Source of the DNA: a virus
IMG/VR virus record: IMGVR_UViG_3300045988_090625
Strand: one strand, 5' to 3'
Length of the DNA: 52,082 nucleotides
The notes under the pieces were generated by a model. That model was not told the origin of the DNA, did no database searches, and was given only the letters and a program-made list of their open reading frames with translations. The position numbers and the translations under genes are program-made. Below, piece by piece: positions 14,257 through 22,807 of this stretch (its first letter is position 1; every line of letters starts with the position of its first letter).

Positions 14257-16263
14257 ATGTCTATAAAGAAGCAATCAGAACAACAAATTTATGGCAGAAA
14301 TGATATGATAATGTTAGAACAAAATAACAAAATTTATGGTAGTCTTGGGTTAGCTGACAGATATGTTATGAAAACAGAAGAAGGAGCAAGATTGATATTG
14401 AGTAACCCAAAACTAGGTAGTTTTGATGATGTGTTAACAGAGTTCAATATTTATGGCATGAGTAAGCAGGTTACAACAACAGGGGCACAACTCTTGAATA
14501 TAGAACCTAAAGAAACAACAGTTGAAAATGGAATTGTATACAGAATCAATTATGATGGAACAATCGAGTTAAGTGGAACAGCAACAGCGAACACATATAT
14601 CTTGGTAGCGACTTTGGATGAAAGTCTTGACGGAAAAACAGCATTCCTGTCTGGTGCAGTCACAGATAAGGTTTTTATCGGCATTACAGATTTGGAGGAT
14701 GATGGAACAACTGTTGCAGATTTAGGTGATGGAATCTCTTTTACATTTGTGGAAAATGGTACTACGAAATATGTGGGAATTTCGGTAGACAGAGGTACAA
14801 CCGTAAATAACATCATAAAACCAATGCTTAACCTTGGGACAACAGCAAAGACTTGGGAAAAATATACAGGTGGTATGCCTGCACCGAATCCAGAGTATCC
14901 ACAGGAGATAGTTAGTGCTGGACAGAAATTGAGTACAGGCAAAAATCTTATCAACGTAGATGATTACTATTCTGCATATAAACAGTCTGATGGAACATAT
15001 AAATCAAAAACAGCTACTTTAAATAATATTAGAATATCGTTGAGTGAGTTTGTTGGAAAAGAAATAATGATTAGTGTTGAATTAACAGTTGGAGTAAATA
15101 CTACTGGTGTATATTTAATGTATGTTAGTTCAGAACAAAATCATATTAATGGTTCAGTTATAAGAACTGGATTGACAGGAAAAAGTCTATTAACAGTAAC
15201 ACCTGCTTCAAATACAGATTATTTCGTTATTTCATATGGTGATGGAAATGGTGATGTTACGTTTTCGGAATTACAATTAGAGTTAAGTTCGGTTGCTACA
15301 AGTTACGAACCATACACTGGCGGAGTACCAACATTATATCAGAAAGATATTGAAGTGAGAGTGACTGGGAAGAATTTGTTTGATGCAAATGATGTGAGTA
15401 AAGGGTATGTTAGTGATGATAGTGGAAACAATATTGTAGCAACAAATTCGTATTGCAGTAATTTCATTGCCGTGAGTGCTAAGACAAAATATTATTTATA
15501 TTCGAGTCAGGATAGTGGTAGATGGGGTGCATTTTACGATTCAAGTAAAACCTTTATTTCTGGAATATCGCCAGATAAATACAACACTGTTTTTGAAACG
15601 CCAGAAAATGCCGCATATATTCGATTTACAGTAGATTATAATAATAATAATCCAGATTTTGCAAGGAATGTAATCTTTGCAAAATCTACAATTGCAGTTC
15701 CATTTGAACCATACCATGAGCCACAATCCCTCTCCATCAGCACGTCAACAGGACTTCCAGCTATTCCAGTGGACACAGATGGTAATTACACCGATGTCAA
15801 TGGTCAGCAGTGGATAGCGGATTATATTGACCTCAAGCGTGGGAAATATGTGCAGAGAGTGTGGCAAAAGACGTTTGATGGGAGTGAGGATGAAGAGTGG
15901 AAAAAAGGTGGTATAAATTATATACATATTGAATGTTTACCAGTTGCAATGAGTAGTAGGAAAGGATTTTGCAGTCAATATATAGTAGGTGACGATACAC
16001 GTGGTATAAGAATTGGTAATCGTAATGTATCGCTGATAATTTTTGACGATTTTTCGGATGAAAATGCATTATCAAATTTCAAAGCCCACATTGCAGAACG
16101 TCCGCTTAAAGTAATGACATACCTCGATACACCAATCGAACGTGACCTAACGCAAGAAGAAATCGAGACATACAAGAATCTTGTAACATACGCTGGAACA
16201 ACAATTGTGGAGAATGATACAGAATGTTATATGAAGATAACATATATGGCAAAAGGTAATTAA
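14257..16263 (+). CDS. Tail fibre / receptor-binding-like structural protein with three repeated modules
   Basis: 668 aa, G/T/S/N-rich. Module boundaries: 'WEKYTGGMPAPNPEYPQEI', 'YEPYTGGVPTLYQKDIE', 'FEPYHEPQSLS'. Followed by the lysis cassette as in PBSX-type prophages. Confidence 0.6.
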   Translation: MSIKKQSEQQIYGRNDMIMLEQNNKIYGSLGLADRYVMKTEEGARLILSNPKLGSFDDVLTEFNIYGMSKQVTTTGAQLLNIEPKETTVENGIVYRINYDGTIELSGTATANTYILVATLDESLDGKTAFLSGAVTDKVFIGITDLEDDGTTVADLGDGISFTFVENGTTKYVGISVDRGTTVNNIIKPMLNLGTTAKTWEKYTGGMPAPNPEYPQEIVSAGQKLSTGKNLINVDDYYSAYKQSDGTYKSKTATLNNIRISLSEFVGKEIMISVELTVGVNTTGVYLMYVSSEQNHINGSVIRTGLTGKSLLTVTPASNTDYFVISYGDGNGDVTFSELQLELSSVATSYEPYTGGVPTLYQKDIEVRVTGKNLFDANDVSKGYVSDDSGNNIVATNSYCSNFIAVSAKTKYYLYSSQDSGRWGAFYDSSKTFISGISPDKYNTVFETPENAAYIRFTVDYNNNNPDFARNVIFAKSTIAVPFEPYHEPQSLSISTSTGLPAIPVDTDGNYTDVNGQQWIADYIDLKRGKYVQRVWQKTFDGSEDEEWKKGGINYIHIECLPVAMSSRKGFCSQYIVGDDTRGIRIGNRNVSLIIFDDFSDENALSNFKAHIAERPLKVMTYLDTPIERDLTQEEIETYKNLVTYAGTTIVENDTECYMKITYMAKGN

Positions 16264-16264
16264 C

Positions 16265-16582
16265 ATGAGTGAAGCAGAAGTCATAGGCACTATGATTATA
16301 GGGTTATCAGCTATTGTTGGGTTGTTTTTGTCTATATACAAACCATTAAGTGATAACACAAAAGCAATGACAATCCTCACATCAAACATAGAACATTTAG
16401 CAGAGAAGATAGATGAACAAAATAAAAAAATTGAAGAACAAGAAAAAGCATTGTTACAGTACAAAGACCATATGAGAGATTCGCAAAAAAGGCAATGGGA
16501 CAAGTTAGATGAACATGAAAAAACATTACAACAAGTAAGCCATGCACTAGAAATGTGCAAACAAGAACATGAAAAGGAGTGA
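16265..16582 (+). CDS. Membrane-anchored coiled-coil protein of the lysis cassette (XhlA/BhlA-like role)
   Basis: 105 aa; N-terminal TM 'VIGTMIIGLSAIVGLFLSIY' then charged coiled coil; position before holin. Confidence 0.45.
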   Translation: MSEAEVIGTMIIGLSAIVGLFLSIYKPLSDNTKAMTILTSNIEHLAEKIDEQNKKIEEQEKALLQYKDHMRDSQKRQWDKLDEHEKTLQQVSHALEMCKQEHEKE

Positions 16583-16589
16583 CAAACAT

Positions 16590-16817
16590 ATGTTTAAAAA
16601 TTGTGTATTTAAAGCAAATGTAGATACCGTAGAATGGATTAAAAAAGCAGGAGTAAGAGCAATCAAAACAGTGGCACAAACAGCAGTAGCATTAATTGGT
16701 ACAAGTGCATTTTTGGAAGCTGTGGATTGGAGAATGGTGGTATCTGGTGCAGTGTTAAGTGGCATTATAAGCGTATTAACAAGTATTGGTGGTATTCCAG
16801 AAGTAGAAGCAAAATAA
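16590..16817 (+). CDS. Holin (LL-H-family-like)
   Basis: 'IKTVAQTAVALIGTSAF...WRMVVSGAVLSGIISVLTSIGG', two hydrophobic helices. ATG 16590 chosen (GGAG 16576-16579) over track start 16569. Confidence 0.65.
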   Translation: MFKNCVFKANVDTVEWIKKAGVRAIKTVAQTAVALIGTSAFLEAVDWRMVVSGAVLSGIISVLTSIGGIPEVEAK

Positions 16818-16860
16818 ATGGCTCAAATTGGCATATAAAGCGTTTAGGAGGTATGCATAA

Positions 16861-17898
16861 ATGAAAATCAGTGTAAGTGCAGGTCATAATCCAAGTGGAA
16901 AAATTGCATGTGGTGCATGTGATTTGTTAGATGAATCGTGGGAAAATAGACTTATCACAGGAGAAATGGTAAGTATTCTAAAACAAAGTGGTGTAACAGT
17001 TTGGGACGATACAGAGAACAATGGAACAGGAAAAAATGATGTTCTAAACAAATGTATTCGTAAAACAAATTCGCATGGTGTTGACCGTTCTTGTCAAATC
17101 CATTTAAACAGCGGAAGAAATGACAATTCTGGTGATGGAAAACAAGCAGGATTTGAAGTATGGTTATGCGGTACAAATAACGGAAAAGCTGAGATCGCAG
17201 AACTTGCCAGAAAGAACATGGTTAAACTTGGATTTGTTGACCGTGGAACAAAAGTAACAAATAAACTAAAGTATTTGAACAGAACAACATGTCCTGCATT
17301 GTTATTTGAAGTTTGTTTTGTCGATGATAAAGACGATTATGATTTGTATAACAAAGTAGGTTATAAGGCTGTTGCAAAAGCATTAGCATATGCAATGATG
17401 GGAAAGGAATTAAACATTGGAGAAGTAATGAATAATGGTTTTACAGGTTTGTCAGATACAGCAGATGTGGATGGCAATTGGTACTATTATGAAAATGGTA
17501 AAAAGTCAAACAAAACAACTGTTGCAAAAAACAAAAATGGTTGGTGGCATGTTATAAATGGAAAAGTAGATTTTACATCAAACACTGTTGCCAAGAATGA
17601 GTTTGGTTGGTGGAAGATATTCAATGGCGCTGTTGATTTTGGTTATACTGGAATCGCACAAAATGAAAACGGATGGTGGAGAATCGAAAACGGAAAAGTA
17701 AACTTTGATTATACAGGTTTGGCAAAAAATGAAAATGGATGGTTCTACCTGCAGGGAGGCGCAGTAAACTTCAATTATACTGGACTGGCACAAAATGAAC
17801 AAGGAGTATGGTTTGTTCACAATGGAAAAGTAGATTTTAATTATACTGGAACATTAGAAACAAAAGTAAATGTTTCTGGTGGAAAAGTTCAGTTTTAA
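16861..17898 (+). CDS. Endolysin: N-acetylmuramoyl-L-alanine amidase with C-terminal wall-binding repeats
   Basis: '[10 protein letters not shown]', 'IHLNSG', 'GFEVW' fit Amidase_3; six ~22-aa repeats 'NGWWxIxNGKVDFxYTGxAxNE'; AGGAGG RBS. Confidence 0.85.
   Translation: MKISVSAGHNPSGKIACGACDLLDESWENRLITGEMVSILKQSGVTVWDDTENNGTGKNDVLNKCIRKTNSHGVDRSCQIHLNSGRNDNSGDGKQAGFEVWLCGTNNGKAEIAELARKNMVKLGFVDRGTKVTNKLKYLNRTTCPALLFEVCFVDDKDDYDLYNKVGYKAVAKALAYAMMGKELNIGEVMNNGFTGLSDTADVDGNWYYYENGKKSNKTTVAKNKNGWWHVINGKVDFTSNTVAKNEFGWWKIFNGAVDFGYTGIAQNENGWWRIENGKVNFDYTGLAKNENGWFYLQGGAVNFNYTGLAQNEQGVWFVHNGKVDFNYTGTLETKVNVSGGKVQF
17473..17856 (+). repeat. Six tandem ~66-bp coding repeats (CW_binding_1-like)
   Basis: [10 protein letters not shown].. 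/ [13 protein letters not shown].. / [13 protein letters not shown].. / [13 protein letters not shown].. / [13 protein letters not shown].. / [13 protein letters not shown].. Confidence 0.8.
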
Positions 17899-17904
17899 AA
17901 CAAA

Positions 17905-17927
17905 GGGGTGGCGAAAGCCGCCCTTTT
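17905..17927 (+). terminator. Intrinsic terminator (GAAA tetraloop)
   Basis: GGGGTGGC-GAAA-GCCGCCC followed by TTTT. Confidence 0.85.
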
Positions 17928-17963
17928 ATATTATATAATATTATTATATTATTAAATAATATA

Positions 17964-17992
17964 TTGACTTATAATAAATGTTATGTTAAAAT
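17964..17992 (+). promoter_or_regulatory. Sigma70-like promoter with extended -10 (TGTTAAAAT)
   Basis: TTGACT 17964-17969, N17, TAAAAT 17987-17992; same -10 block as promoter 5363; A/T-only tract upstream. Confidence 0.6.
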
Positions 17993-18041
17993 ATATACAT
18001 AAAATAAATAGCTATTTTTAAAGAAAGGAAACAATATAGAC

Positions 18042-19616
18042 ATGTCAAAAGAAATAAAAGATGAACAACAAAGGGCTGATGTTGTATTAGCCTTAAAAAG
18101 TTTTCCTTATTTTGTTTTGAATAAGGAAGTAGAACAAGGATTGAATCTTTATAGACAGGAACTTTTAGAGATTCAAAGGAACTATATCAGTTATAGAGAA
18201 GGAGCAAGGTTTTATCCAATCGGAACAGCAGGAGATTATATTCCAAGTAGAATTAATTTCAAAATCGCAAAAACCTTACTTGATAAAGAAGCACGTTTTA
18301 TGTTTAGCCAAACACCAGAAATTAATGTGGTGGGAAATGACACATCAGATGAAGAAGAACAAGTTTTAGCACAATATCAAAAAGTAATTGATGAAGTTAT
18401 TAAAAATAGCAAGTTCTCAAAGAAATTGATTCAGAGTGCAAAAGATTGTTTCATCGGAAAAAGAATTGCAATACTCGCAGACATTTCAGAGCAGGATGGA
18501 ATTAAGTTACATTTTTATAATGCATTACAATTTTATTTTGAAACAGATTATGATACAGAAAGATTGACAAAGTTTGTTAGTTTTGAAAACGTAACACAGA
18601 GTAGAACACAAAGGGAGAGAAGATTTTTAGTAAATAAATATTATGAAAGTAATGGAACAATTTATTTCAGTTCTATTTTGTATGATGGTTCTGGAAAAGA
18701 AATTGAAGTTTTGTTTGAAGAACATTCGTTAGACCTTGAACACATTCCTGCTGTCATCATAACAAATGATGGAACATTAGAGGATAAAATGGGAGTATCG
18801 GAGATTGAGGACTTAATGGATGAAGAAAGCGGTTTTTCAAAATTGGCAAATGCGGATGTCGACAGTGAACATAAGGGAATGAACCCTATTCGTTATACAG
18901 TTGATATGAATGGTCAAACAACAAAGAACCTTAATTCTGGAGCAGGTGCGTATTGGGATTTAAAGAGTGAACAAAACCAGAATGAAGTACATCCCAGCGT
19001 TGGAATGATTGCACCAGCTATGAACCATGTAGAAGCAGTTAAAACAACATTAGACAGAATTAAAACATCTATGTATGGACAGTTGGATGTTCCAAACATT
19101 TCTGAGGAAACAATGGCAGGAACAATAACTAGCGGAAAAGCATTAAAGGCATTGTATTATCCACTGCAAGTAAGATGTGATGAAAAGATGAAAACATGGA
19201 TTCCTGCACTTGAAACAATATTTATGCATGTAATTTCATTGGCAAAGCTAAACAGCGAAATTATAAAGGAATTGTACAAAGTAGAATCGTTACAAGACAT
19301 ACAGTATACGATTAACGTGGTAGAACAATATGCATTAATGGAAGATGAACAAGAAGAAAAAGATAATGACATTGCGGAAATTAATGCAAATGCACGAAGC
19401 AGAAAGTCTTATATCAAAAAGTGGCGCAAGGATGAATTTAAAACAGATGCACAGATTGATGAAGAGTTGATGCAGATTGCATTAGAACAAAATATGTTCG
19501 ACACATTAAGTATGAACACAAATGTACAAACAGAATTGAACAAACAGCAAACAGAACAAACAGTTGAAGAAGGAATTGAAAAAATTGATGTTCAAAATAA
19601 ATTAGAAAATTTATAA
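18042..19616 (+). CDS. Portal protein (SPP1 gp6-like)
   Basis: 524 aa; precedes a MuF/gp7-like gene; acidic coiled C-terminus; size and order typical. Confidence 0.75.
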   Translation: MSKEIKDEQQRADVVLALKSFPYFVLNKEVEQGLNLYRQELLEIQRNYISYREGARFYPIGTAGDYIPSRINFKIAKTLLDKEARFMFSQTPEINVVGNDTSDEEEQVLAQYQKVIDEVIKNSKFSKKLIQSAKDCFIGKRIAILADISEQDGIKLHFYNALQFYFETDYDTERLTKFVSFENVTQSRTQRERRFLVNKYYESNGTIYFSSILYDGSGKEIEVLFEEHSLDLEHIPAVIITNDGTLEDKMGVSEIEDLMDEESGFSKLANADVDSEHKGMNPIRYTVDMNGQTTKNLNSGAGAYWDLKSEQNQNEVHPSVGMIAPAMNHVEAVKTTLDRIKTSMYGQLDVPNISEETMAGTITSGKALKALYYPLQVRCDEKMKTWIPALETIFMHVISLAKLNSEIIKELYKVESLQDIQYTINVVEQYALMEDEQEEKDNDIAEINANARSRKSYIKKWRKDEFKTDAQIDEELMQIALEQNMFDTLSMNTNVQTELNKQQTEQTVEEGIEKIDVQNKLENL

Positions 19617-19623
19617 AAAGTTG

Positions 19624-19652
19624 TTGACTTTTATTTCTGTCTGATATATAAT
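19624..19652 (+). promoter_or_regulatory. Sigma70-like promoter between portal and MuF genes
   Basis: TTGACT 19624-19629, N17, TATAAT 19647-19652. Confidence 0.6.
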
Positions 19653-19704
19653 AAAGACAAGTTAAGAGAGAACAACAAAAACAAATGTGAAGGAGAACAA
19701 AGAA

Positions 19705-19995
19705 ATGAAACAGTATTTTACATCAAAAAGAGTAGTAGAGTTGGACGTATACGCAGAAGCAAAATACACAGCAAGTAAGGAAGTATTTGAAAATGAAAAA
19801 CGTGTTCAGTATGAAGGTGCAATTGCTTTTGAAGTGTTAAGCGGTGAGAAAGCAGAAGCATATGAAAAACTTTTAGGTGATGATATGAAAGATATGATTG
19901 ACGATTACCATGAGTATTTAGTAATCTATTTTGATGATTGTACAACACTTACATATAAGAATAGTTATGTTGACATGTTTTCATTTCCAATGTAA
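19705..19995 (+). CDS. Hypothetical protein (moron-like insert in the head module)
   Basis: 96 aa from ATG 19705 (GAAGGAG 19689-19695); the track starts at GTG 19687. Confidence 0.6.
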   Translation: MKQYFTSKRVVELDVYAEAKYTASKEVFENEKRVQYEGAIAFEVLSGEKAEAYEKLLGDDMKDMIDDYHEYLVIYFDDCTTLTYKNSYVDMFSFPM

Positions 19996-20039
19996 AATAA
20001 AGGTGGTGAGATAAAATACCAGATAAAGCAAAATTCGTT

Positions 20040-20945
20040 TTGAAAAATGCTGAACAGGTCAGAAACAATTTGACAATGCAACAGCAAAAGAAAATCAGAA
20101 AATTGTATTCTGACCTGTATCAAGACATAACAAAACAAATAAATAAACTAGGACAAAAAAATCTCAAGACACAAAACCTTGTGATTTTGAGAAGAAATAT
20201 AAATGAGCGTATTAAGCAGTTAAGTGATGACATTAAAAATGGAATCGTAACTGATATGCGAACACAATCTATCGCAGTAGTTGAGGATTGCAGAACATTT
20301 CTAAAACAATGTGGATTTCAAAACATACATGAAGCGTTTCAGTATGTACCAGAACAAATAATAGAAAACATTTATACAGGAAATGTATATCAAAATGGAT
20401 GGACGTTTTCAAAAGCAATTTGGAGAATGGAGGAACAAACAAGAGGAAAGATAAATACAATAGTTTCAAAAGGTGTTGCACAAGGAAAAAGTGCTTATGA
20501 AGTTGCAAAGGATGTTGAAAAGTATGTTGACCCTAGTGCAAGTAAACAAAGCAAAACAATAAAATGGAAAAATCCGAAAACAGGAAAAACGGAAACATTT
20601 TATTTCGGAAAGGTTGATTATAATGCACAAAGGTTAGCAAGAACACTTATAAGTCATGCGTATCAGCAGAGTTTTAAAAGGGTGAACGAAAAAGACCCGT
20701 TTGTAACAGCGTATATATGGCATAGCGCAGGAATACATGGTAGGACGTGTGATTTGTGCCTTGACCGTGATGGGCGTATGTTTACCAAGGATACGTTGCC
20801 AGACGACCATCCAAATGGTATGTGTACTTTTGAAGCATATATCCCTTATACAATGAATGAAATAGGAGATAAAATAGCAGATTGGTATAATTCGCCTGTC
20901 GGTACTTATCCAGACATAGATGCATATGCCGAGGATTTTATGTAA
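20040..20945 (+). CDS. Minor head protein, Mu F / SPP1 gp7 family
   Basis: 'RTLISHAYQ', 'WHSAGIHGRTCDLCLDRDG', 'DDHPNGMCTFE' fit the MuF C-terminal pattern. Start uncertain (TTG 20040, no good RBS). Confidence 0.75.
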   Translation: MKNAEQVRNNLTMQQQKKIRKLYSDLYQDITKQINKLGQKNLKTQNLVILRRNINERIKQLSDDIKNGIVTDMRTQSIAVVEDCRTFLKQCGFQNIHEAFQYVPEQIIENIYTGNVYQNGWTFSKAIWRMEEQTRGKINTIVSKGVAQGKSAYEVAKDVEKYVDPSASKQSKTIKWKNPKTGKTETFYFGKVDYNAQRLARTLISHAYQQSFKRVNEKDPFVTAYIWHSAGIHGRTCDLCLDRDGRMFTKDTLPDDHPNGMCTFEAYIPYTMNEIGDKIADWYNSPVGTYPDIDAYAEDFM

Positions 20946-20977
20946 TAAAGGTAACAAAGAAAGGAAAGTAAAAACAA

Positions 20978-21391
20978 ATGGAAATTAAGAGAATTTGCAA
21001 CAAATGCGGATGTATAAATAAATTGGATAGCGAAACAACAATGCACAAAGATTGTTGGACAGAAGATGGAGATTACATCAGATTGACATATTACAAATGC
21101 AAACAGTGTGGTGAGGTAATTCCATTACAGTTGGATAACCAAGAAACAATAAACATTTTAGGAGAATACAAAAAGTTGTTTAAAAATGCACTCATGAAAC
21201 GTATTAAAAAGCAGACAGTAGGAAAGAAAGCGCAGAGAAAAAGTGAAAAGTTCACAAAGCAGTTAAGAAGTAAAAGAGCCATGTTACAGGACATTTATAA
21301 CGGCAAAAAATTATTGGATGAAAATAAAAATATTTTCATAAATGCATTGACATTTCCGAAAGTAGGTGATATAATCAATGGTGAAATGTGA
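20978..21391 (+). CDS. Zinc-ribbon protein with basic helical tail
   Basis: 'CNKCGC...' and 'YKCKQCGE' (4 Cys), then K/R-rich region; 137 aa. Confidence 0.6.
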   Translation: MEIKRICNKCGCINKLDSETTMHKDCWTEDGDYIRLTYYKCKQCGEVIPLQLDNQETINILGEYKKLFKNALMKRIKKQTVGKKAQRKSEKFTKQLRSKRAMLQDIYNGKKLLDENKNIFINALTFPKVGDIINGEM

Positions 21392-21695
21392 TAAATGTAA
21401 GAAAGAGTTTAACGAGCGTATTTATGAACAAAATAAAAAGTTCGGAAACTTGAAAGTAACAAAAACATTTTTGATGTGTCCGTATTGTCATACAAAGTTT
21501 ACAATTTGTTTTGATACGGATGCAACATTATCAAAAAAGAAACAAATTAGAAAGAACACAGCACTGTTAAAAACAATAACAGATGAGAGGGAGTACAAGA
21601 AACAAGTAAAAAATATTGAGAAAAGAAAAAAGAAACTTGAAAGAGAAATGAAGATTTTACAAACAAAATATGCAAGAGATTTCATGGAGGAATAA
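21378..21695 (+). CDS. Zinc-ribbon protein with basic coiled-coil tail (same architecture as upstream gene)
   Basis: 'CDKCKKEF' and 'CPYCHTKF', then 'KKKQIRKN...KRKKKLEREMK'; 105 aa. Confidence 0.6.
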   Translation: MVKCDKCKKEFNERIYEQNKKFGNLKVTKTFLMCPYCHTKFTICFDTDATLSKKKQIRKNTALLKTITDEREYKKQVKNIEKRKKKLEREMKILQTKYARDFMEE

Positions 21696-21697
21696 AA

Positions 21698-22366
21698 ATG
21701 GCAGACTTAGGAACAGATACAGGTAAAACAAAAACAGTTGAGGATAAAACAACAGAAGTTGTTGAAGAGAAAAAAACAGCAGAACAGCAGAAACAAACAG
21801 AGCCAGAAAAAAAGGTTGATGTTGAAGTTGATGTTGAAAAAGTAAAGTCAGATGCTTTACAGGAGTTTTTGGAAAGTCTTGGAGTTGAGGACAAAGAGAA
21901 ATTACAAGGCATTGTGACAAAAGCAAAAGAAGAAGAGGACGCAAAGAAATCAGACCTTGAAAAAGCAAATGATACACTTTCTGAAACATTGAAGCAGTTA
22001 GCGGCAGAGCGTGAAGCAAGAGTTTTATCTGATGCAAAACTTGAAGCAGTAAAACTTGGAGCAAGACCAGAAATGGTTGATGACCTTGTAATAATTGCAA
22101 AAGCTAAGGTAACAAAGGACAAGGATGTTTCAACAGTTATTGCAGAAATCAAAGATAGCGAAACAGGAAAGTTCTATTTTGCAAATGAGGAAGAAGAAGT
22201 TGAAACAAAGAAAAACAACGTAACACGCAAACGTGCAACAAAACAAAAAACAACAGAAGATGGCAAAAAACAGGGTGATAATAAAGAAGATAACGATGAT
22301 ACATTTGCAAGTCGTTATTTTGGAAACAAACGTAAAACTCAGAGAGAGAGCCACTTCTTTAAATAA
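21698..22366 (+). CDS. Scaffolding protein
   Basis: 222 aa, E/K-rich helical, immediately upstream of decoration and capsid genes. Confidence 0.7.
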   Translation: MADLGTDTGKTKTVEDKTTEVVEEKKTAEQQKQTEPEKKVDVEVDVEKVKSDALQEFLESLGVEDKEKLQGIVTKAKEEEDAKKSDLEKANDTLSETLKQLAAEREARVLSDAKLEAVKLGARPEMVDDLVIIAKAKVTKDKDVSTVIAEIKDSETGKFYFANEEEEVETKKNNVTRKRATKQKTTEDGKKQGDNKEDNDDTFASRYFGNKRKTQRESHFFK

Positions 22367-22386
22367 AACAAACAGGAGGTTATAGG

Positions 22387-22782
22387 ATGTTTAATAACAC
22401 AGGAGTTACACAAACAAAATATAATGATACAACTCAGATTTTGATTGACCCTAGCAATTATTTTGCAATGGGTATCGTAGTAGATGATACATGCGGAGTT
22501 GCAGACAGTACAACAGGTAGAAAAATTGCAAAAGCAGGTACACCAGTCACAGGTGATATTAACGCAAGAACAACAGCGTTTACCCCAGCTGTTACAACAA
22601 CAGGAACATCAAATGCGGTTGGAATTTTACTGCATGATGTTGACCTTACACAAGGAGACAATAATGGAGCAATTCTTTTATTCGGATTTGTAAACATGAA
22701 CAGAATTGATGCTACAACAAAAGCAAAAATCACAAATGAAGTAAAAACAGCACTTAGCAAGATTACATTTGTAGCTTGTTAA
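22387..22782 (+). CDS. Head decoration-like protein
   Basis: 131 aa between scaffold and capsid genes (lambda D-E order); 'GILLHDVDLTQGDNNGAILLFGFVN'. Confidence 0.5.
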   Translation: MFNNTGVTQTKYNDTTQILIDPSNYFAMGIVVDDTCGVADSTTGRKIAKAGTPVTGDINARTTAFTPAVTTTGTSNAVGILLHDVDLTQGDNNGAILLFGFVNMNRIDATTKAKITNEVKTALSKITFVAC

Positions 22783-22807
22783 AACAAAACAGGAGGAATA
22801 AAAACAT

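Noticed and set aside
16265-16582. Considered calling this ORF XhlA
   Set aside because: PBSX XhlA has its TM segment at the C-terminus, whereas this protein has it at the N-terminus. Only the position and the coiled-coil character match, so it is left as a generic lysis-cassette membrane protein.
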